A DNA stretch of 63,982 bases, counting the filler, from Octopus bimaculoides (taxonomy: Eukaryota), in NCBI RefSeq assembly GCF_001194135.2. It is 6 parts of 5 records of this genome, joined end to end, with 100 filler letters (N's around TTAATTAATTAA, not from the genome) between each part and the next. Parts side by side here need not be neighbours in the genome. Positions count along the whole stretch, not along the records: positions 1 to 25,259 come from NC_069006.1; 5 more parts are not named here. One strand, 5' to 3'. The translations under genes and the position numbers were made by a program. How positions within the stretch are numbered: position 1 is the first letter of the stretch; every line of letters starts with the position of its first letter. Under the pieces are notes generated by a model. The model made no database searches. It was not told the origin of the DNA and saw nothing but the letters and a program-made list of their open reading frames with translations. Shown here one piece after another: positions 11,301 through 20,169 of this stretch.

Positions 11301-14300
11301 AACTACATCCCAAAGATGGAGCCTTGTTGGATACTGGTTCCCACCTCAGTGGAAGATTTCTAATAATTAAAAAATAGAAGAGACATACATACATACATAT
11401 AAACAGGCTTGGATAACCTTAACAAATGATTTAATAGCACTGTTAACACAGTAGAACACAGTATTGACGAATAAAAGTGTTTAATATACTTTGTTTTATA
11501 TTAGGGCTGCATAACAAAATACGGTCTCCCTACAAGCCATCAATGAAATATCTCATAGCTTTTAGAGATTGATGATTGTTATTCTTAGAATGACATTGTA
11601 AGATAGGTGTGAGAGGTCTGATCTGGCCAGTTCAAATATAAAACAGGAAAAATATTTTAGCTGGATGTGGCTGGTTTCGGTGCTAAAAAGTTAAGCTCTA
11701 ATCTACACTGAGCCCTTTTTGGTGCCACACGTTTACAAGGATTCTGTGAAGTTTCATGTTTTACAATTTCTCGCAGGGATTACTCACCTGGAATAGTCTT
11801 TGGTGTTGGTTCGGTCATTTGCAACATCAACAGGGCCACACACTTCATCTGCTGTCATATTTTCTGGGAATGTGAATCCAACACGGAACGGCTTGTTCAA
11901 CAGGTCATCACACATACTGATATCAGAGCCTGCAATACAAGGCAATTACAAAGTATATTCAAGATAATTTATATCATCATCATCATAATCATCATGTGGT
12001 GGTCAATGGTAAATATCAGTATGGGGCAGGGGAGAGTGAAAGAGAGAGAGAGAGAGAGAGGAGTGTCTCAGGGAGGGGTGGGGGTTATAAGTGGCATTTA
12101 CAGGAAAGCTAAAATTAACTGTAACGTTGATAACGCTTATAGGTGAGAGGATTATTTTGATGGTCTGAAACTCAAAACAGGTTTTTTCAATGAAATATCT
12201 TACTTGTGGCATTCATTGAAGTCATAAACATTTTCTTGTCCGATATTTCCTCCTCAGTCTCTGAACTGGAATCAGATTTTTCTGGGGGTTCCTCCATACA
12301 AACGGCCAGTTCTAAGTAAGCATCAGTTTTCACTTGTCGGACATATTGGAAGTCGGCACAGAGGGCGAGTTTTCCCAACACATCGAGTGTGGTGGGGCTT
12401 TTATCCAGCGACAACCCCTTGTTTGGATTGTTAGCATCAATGGGTTTACTTATTCCAATCTGTATTGCTCTGGCTTCACCATAGAACAAAGAATCCTTTT
12501 TATTATTTGGTAACTGAGGGGGATTTGCTGGTGGAGCTTCAGTCCAGGATTTCAGAACAATCAGCTTTCCTGCAAAAGACAAAATATTGTCATACATACA
12601 TACATACATATATATATATACACGAGTGAGATCGAAGGATTTTCGAGCGAGATTGAAGGATTTTCAAGCAAGATCGTTGCCAGTGCCCCTGGACTGGCTC
12701 TTGTGCAGGTGGCACATAAAATACACCATTTTGAGCGTGGCCGTTGCCAGTACCGCCTGACTGGCCTTTGTGCGGGTGACACATAAAAGCACCCACTACA
12801 CTCTCTGAGTGGTTAGCGTTAGGAAGGGCATCCAGCTGTAGAAACTCTGCCAAGTCAGATTGGAGCCTGGTGTAGCCATCTGGCTTCACCAGTCCTCAGT
12901 CAAATCGTCCAATCCATGCTAGCATGGAAAGCGGACGTTAAACGATGAACGGCAGAGGCACACACACACACATAGATACATATATATACAAGGTGCCTTC
13001 CAGAAGTTTGAAGATGATTTTTTAGGAGAGGCAGTTTTAACCATCCTAGATTATTGTATTTTTAGTCTCTCATTACTTTATATCATATCTAATAAGCTGA
13101 CCTGCCAACTTTTGATATTCTAGATGGAAGGAGATGGCTGTAGTAGCCCTCCAGATACACCCTGCTAAACTTTGCTTGTCATGGCTGACTAGTTTTGCAG
13201 CTCGCTAGTTTAGCAGCTTGCTGCCTTTACATTATTTCTGTTTACCAAATTCCATTACCAAGATATTGGTCAACGAAGGGTCTAGAAGCAGACATTTGCC
13301 CAAGGAATCATTTATGCGGACCAATTAAAACAAACATAAAAATAAGAGAAAAAAATATACTTATTGGTCTTACTGTTTGGCCAGGTAAGCCTGGACATGA
13401 GGACAAGTTTTGAGAGTTGCAAAGCCAATCTTGGTGTCACCATTCTATCAGGACATTGGTTTGTCTTGGAATTCTTCACTGAATGTTTGAAACAATCCTG
13501 ACACTTTCTTCCTTGTTGTTGGCACCAAGTTCCATTTGTTAGTTCTGACATGAAGACAATGTCATCTCCAAGAAGGTAAAGCAGACTGAAAATAAATAAG
13601 AACAAAGCAGTATGGGTAGTGATGCTGTTGTTGTTGTTGTTGTTGTTTAGGATCATAATTTCAGCTTAGGCATTGTGTACATTATCCAATGTAAGTTGAA
13701 TTGGCTACATTATCCAATGTGAGTTTAATTAATTAGGCATCATGTACCTTAGGCTATATTATGCAATGCATGTTTAATGAATTAAAGGTGACATATTTGG
13801 GGTTATAATAAGAGACAATTAGGAGTTATAATGAAGGTAATAAAGGGATATTAAAGGGGTATTGGGATTATAATAAGATGTTATTGGGGGTTATAATAAA
13901 GAGATATAAGGGGTTATTAAATGTTATAATAAGAGGCTATTAAAGATTGTAATAAAGGGGTACCAGGGGTTACAATAAGGGGGCATTTTTTTGTCTTTGA
14001 TCAGTAATTGTTGTTTCCTATTTGCTTCTATCTAGAAATCAAAGGAAATGTCTACCATTCCCTTCAAAGTTTGCTTTTGTAACCTGGACATCAATGTCTC
14101 GAAACTGATCCATTTTCCATTTCAGACAGATTCAGTGCTGAGTTGCTGAAGTATAAATATTGCTATAGCAAATATTCTGACCAGTACCACGGATTTGCTT
14201 GTCAGTTGCTTGACCACAACTACTTGAGCATGTCCCTTAGTGGCTGACGATATGTGCATCTCTGACCATGAACAGGCGTAGTGGTGGGGGGCATCATAGC

Positions 14301-15024
14301 CATGTGTTTAGAGAGATTCTTTAAAGTTTGAATGAATGTAACAAAGCAGAGTTTGAAGGAAATATTAGCCATTTTTCATACTTTCTAGGGGTCAGCAAAT
14401 AGGAAATAACAGTTGCTACCCAAGGACAAAATTTGTGTTATACAGGGTCATAACAAATCTGAGACAGAAAAGAGAATGAGAAATAATGAAGAATGGTATT
14501 TACTTTTTTAAATTACTTTTCTTGTTGGTATTTCTGCTATAGGTGGCAGCACATATATCTGTCATCTTCAATGATTGGTCAGTTTCAGTTTTACCATTGT
14601 GATGACATTCTGCTGTTTCCAAATGTAACAACATTTGTTCACCGATTGTCACTTCTTGAGATTCTATTTTTTGTTGTTCTCTGCAACAACAAAATATAAA
14701 ATATAACACCAAATATATACGTGCACCATGGAGGTGTGTGTGTATATACATGTTACTTACATGTTAGTTTCTGTAGAGTTATCGTCGTGTTGCGGAGTAA
14801 CCAATGTGGTTAATACTGATGCAGAAAGCTTTGATGTGATCTTTGTGGAGCGAACCGGCCCAGCGGCTTTAGATTCTACTTCAACATTAGGGTTAGAACT
14901 GTGGAAAAGAAAAGAAGGTTCTGTTAGCCATTCCTTGCAGGAAATGCCTTATATGCATAAAAATGCACAATAACACACACACAGAGATACACACACACAC
15001 ACACATATACATGCATATGATGGA

Positions 15025-15095
<71 letters not shown>

Positions 15096-15715
15096 TTAGG
15101 GAAAATAACCAATTTTCAAGAACTCATCGATGAAAATCCACTATCACATATAGAAAAATTAATAATTAAAAGCACAATAAATGAGTATAATATAAAGTAA
15201 AGTAAATATCATAAGATAAATATAATAAAAAGATTACACGTGTTTCATAACCAATTTTCAAATAGAAAAGAAATTTAAATCGATTAAAATCAATTGAAAT
15301 TATCGAAAATAAATTCTATTCAAAAATATAGCTACTCGTCAGATCGCAAGTATATATATATATATATATACATACATACACATATATATTACATATGAAT
15401 ATGTATATACACACACACACACACACACACATGCACACTCACATACATTTCTTGGAGTGATGACCCAAGAAATATAAAGATTTGTTGCAGATATTTACCT
15501 GATCTCTACCGGAAAGGTGTGAAGTGGGTACATCTTATCCATGAACAGACCAAGGTGAGCTGTGAATTTCAACTGGAAGTAACAAGCGAAAAATAACTTG
15601 TACACACACATATATATATATATGCACACATATATACATATGAGTGTGTGTGTTTGTGTGAGAGTGTACATGTGCGTCTGTGTATGTATGCATATATATA
15701 TATATATATATATAT

Positions 15716-15758
<43 letters not shown>

Positions 15759-17105
15759 TACATATATATATGTACGAGGGGGAAAAGAAAAGTTCTTGGT
15801 TTTGGATAAAAGAAAATACAGGATGATCAGTTAATTATCATTTTATTCAACATATTCCCTTCTCAGATTCACACGCTTATTGCAGCAATTCTTCAGTTTT
15901 TCTAAGCCTTGTAAAAGATCTCAGAAGGTTAGGCCTCCAACCAGGCCTTTTGTGATATCCTTAAAGCCAAAACCTTTTCAGTACCCTTATGTGTATATAT
16001 ACATATACATGTATGTATGTATGTATGTATGTATGTATGTATGTATATGTAGCTATGTCTGCATATATGTACACACACACACAGATATACTAACCTGATG
16101 TGAGAACTGCATTAGCATCTTCATGTCCTGTTGTGCATCAGCCTGTACACGAGTTTCGTTACTTAATTGCCAATCGGTAACTTTCACATCTTGTGTACTT
16201 CTGTTACCCTTCTCGTACTCCATCACTGCCATTAAAACAATCAGAAACTTAGAATAATTATTTCAGTTTTGTATTTAATTTTCAAGATTCTTGATCTGAA
16301 TTCATGTGTTGAAACAGATTTTGTTGTGTCTTGGGAGGGTCATCACGCTAATAATAATAAATACGCACACTGGTTCAATTTCACTTCTTTTAAAATTATT
16401 TGTCAATTGGTTAATCATTTAATCAATTAACTAATAGATTGTTCAATTAATCGCTTAGCTGATCAATTAATCAGTTGTGTTTATCAAAGGCCTTTTGCCA
16501 TAATCATAACTTCTTCAATGTCTTTCCCCTCTATTCTAGATCTACTTTTGTCAATGAAGACGTCATGAGGTTTTGACTGACACAACTGATTAATCAATAA
16601 ACTGAATGATTAATCAAACAATTTATTAGTTGCTTAAATAATTAGCCAATTGACTAATAATAATAAAGAAATGAATTTGAATCAGTGCATGTGTTATTGT
16701 TGGCATAATGATTGTCCGAAGATGCAACAAGATATTGGCTTCAAATTTTTGGTGCAAGGCCAATGAGTTCAGGGGAGGGACTAAGATGATTACATCGACC
16801 CCAGTACGCAACTGGTACTTATTTTATTGACCCCAAAAGGATGAATGACAAAGTCGACCTCAGCAGAATTTGAACTCACTCTGACTTACAGAATCTTGTC
16901 AAACTATCCAACCCATGCCAGCAGGGAAGATAGACACTAAAAGAGGGTAATGATGGTGATGATGACGATGACGATGATGACATGGCAATGATGGTAAATA
17001 ATAATAATGAGGATTTCAAATTTTTGCCACAAGGGTAGCTTGAGGGAGGGGATTAAGTTGATTACATCGACCTCAGTGCATAACTGGTACTTATTTATTC
17101 AACCC

Positions 17106-17151
<46 letters not shown>

Positions 17152-18800
17152 GTCCTGCTGCAATGACAGGCAGTGGCTCTCATGCTTCTGATCTTAACTA
17201 ATTGGAAGTGCTATGGCGTACATGCTTTGTCTTGGCATAAAAGATGGGCTACAGCAAATATTCTGCTCAATACCACAGATTTGCTTGTCGCCTGCATGAT
17301 TTTAACTAGTTGGGTATGTCCCTTCGTGGTTGATGATATGTTCATCTCTGATAACAAGCAGAAGTAGTGGAGGAGAATCATACCTATGTGTTGAGAGGAA
17401 TTCTTTGGGGTTTGAATAATTCACCCCAGGAAAGATGTGTTTTGTTCACCCTCGTTAAACAAACCTTATTCAGGGACCTTTTGAGTCGGATGGGCTACTC
17501 AACCTCCCCACCCCAAAATTGTAACTGGGCCTCACCTGCATGGTCATGTGCAGTTTATCTTGATATGTGGTCACCATGTCGTGCATACGTGGTTATGATG
17601 CATCTGCCTTGTGCACCCTTATCAGACGGGTAGTCAACATGGGTATATCGAGCTCCATATATTTGTACCCGTGTCACTTTGATGCTCTCTCACTCAATAA
17701 CAACCACAACAACAATAAACATGATGAATATATGTCCCCCACCCCACCCACCCCTTACCTGTTGTGTAATCTGCCATAGAGTTTACCACTGTAGTCACAT
17801 GACTTCTTCCAGGAGCAGCGAAAACATTGAAGTTGAGACTTGATTCTANNNNNNNNNNNNNNNNNNNNNNNNNNNNNNNNNNNNNNNNNNNNNNNNNNNN
17901 NNNNNNNNNNNNNNNNNNNNNNNNNNNNNNNNNNNNNNNNNCTTCACAGCAGTCTTGTTAAATATCTCTGTATTTAATTCCAGCAATGACTTCAAACTGA
18001 CATTCACCTGAGAAAATGGTTTTAAAAATCAAAAGAAATATTAACCATTTAGCATTCCGATTATTTCATTTAAATTTAATCTTTATTATTCACATTATTT
18101 TGGATTAATCATGTATTATCTTGTGGCTTTCAGATTTCAATCATGTGACTGTCTGTGTTTAAGATTATAAATGTTGGGTAGGTGTGAGAGGCTGGATCTG
18201 GCCAGTTTGAACATAAAACAGGAAGAATATTTGGGTGAGTCATGGCTAGATTGGAAACCAATTATGATTTGATGGTTAGAGTGGTAAGAGGCAGAGTCAA
18301 TGGTTAGATGGCTGTGGAGTCCAGTTATACCACGTGGAGCTGTGTGAGGTTGTTTGGTTAAGTACCTTGTGTTTTCTGATTTCATATTGAGTAGCACTTA
18401 CCTGATTATAAAAGGATTTGACACAACTTATTCCTTCCGGGTCTTTGGCAATGACCAGCTCCCTACAAAGAAATTATACTTACAAAGACGTATGTAGACT
18501 CATGCATACACATACATACAGTGGTGGACTGGGTCTAAAAATATTGGTTGCCAGGAGACTAAGGGGGCCCACCAGCAACTACAATGCTTTAATTTAATTT
18601 TTTTTGTTAAAAGTATTCTTTCCAACTGTCTACAAACACAGCCAGGCTGAAACAATTAATCCATTCTTCCAGGAGTGAATAAAAAATCCTCAAACTTGAG
18701 GGGATGGGCCCCTTAGATACTAATATGGATTCTAAAGATGCAGGGGCCTGCTTGCCATTGGGCAAGCTGGCAACCTGGCAACCTGGCCAGTCTGCCACTG

Positions 18801-18832
<32 letters not shown>

Positions 18833-20121
18833 CATACCCACATACATACATGCACACATGCCTACATATGTTAACTACTGGAATATGTAATACACAGCCT
18901 AAATGCCAATCTTGAGAAAGAAACCGGCTCTTTCTTTATTGGCAAGAAATCTTGAAATAGACTGAATAATGACATACATACATACACACATACATACATA
19001 CACACACTTGAGCAGTTGTAATGCATCTAAGCACTGTATACAAAGAACTCGTTATTATTATAAATAATTTTTAAATACAAGCAGAGAAAATTGCAAAGAG
19101 AGACGGTTGCCCCACCAACTTACATATCAAAAGATATATTGGATCTTGTTTCGCAGTTTGAAACCTTGACTGATAGATCCATACTTGCTCCAGAAATGTT
19201 GCTGTTGTTGTAGTCGTCATCAAGAATCTTAACTAAATCATCACTGTCCTTCAATTTGATCAGGTGGAATGGTCTGGTTGAAAATCGGTTGAGGAAAGTT
19301 ACCACATTTTGTGATGTGACAGAAGTGTTTTGGTGAGTTGTTGGTTGAATGGAAGCTGACTGTTTGGTGTTGGATGGTCTCAAATGGATGGAGAAGGTGG
19401 TGGTGTTTTCAAACAGACCCAAGGAACTTATTAAAAATAGTGCAAAGATTGAATTTATTGGAAAAATATATAAATAAATAAATAAATATATATATATATA
19501 TAAATAGAAATATTTATTTCTTTATTGCCCACAAGGGGCTAAACATAGAGGGGACAAACAAGGACAGATAAAGGGATTAAGTCGATTACATCAACCTCAG
19601 TGCATAACTGGTACTTATTTAATCAACCCCGAAAGGATGAAAGTCGACCTCAGTGGAATTTGAACTCAGAACGTAGCAGCAGACGAAATACTTGCTGCCT
19701 TAATAAATAGAAATACTAAATAGATAAGTGATTGTGTGCCACTTATATATATTTTCAAACAGATGTTTAGCAGCGCCACCTTAGCTGAACAGTTATTCTG
19801 TGCAGAGGAGGGGAAATAACCCAGAAACTACAGTGGCCTGCAGATATTGCTTTGTACTGATTGGGGATGCTGAACTCCCCTGTTTGAAAATATAAGGACA
19901 CAGATATTGTGTCTTATGGCCAGCTGGAGACGATGTTTACTGGAGTTAAACAATAGTAGCATTCGTCCCAACCAAGACTGCCATATTATGATGACAAATA
20001 GTCTTTACTTTAAATATATCATCATCATCATCATCATCGTTTAACGTCCGCTTTCCATGCTAGCATGGGTTGGACGATTTGACTGAGGACTGGTGAAACC
20101 GGATGGCTACACCAGGCTCTA

Positions 20122-20169
<48 letters not shown>

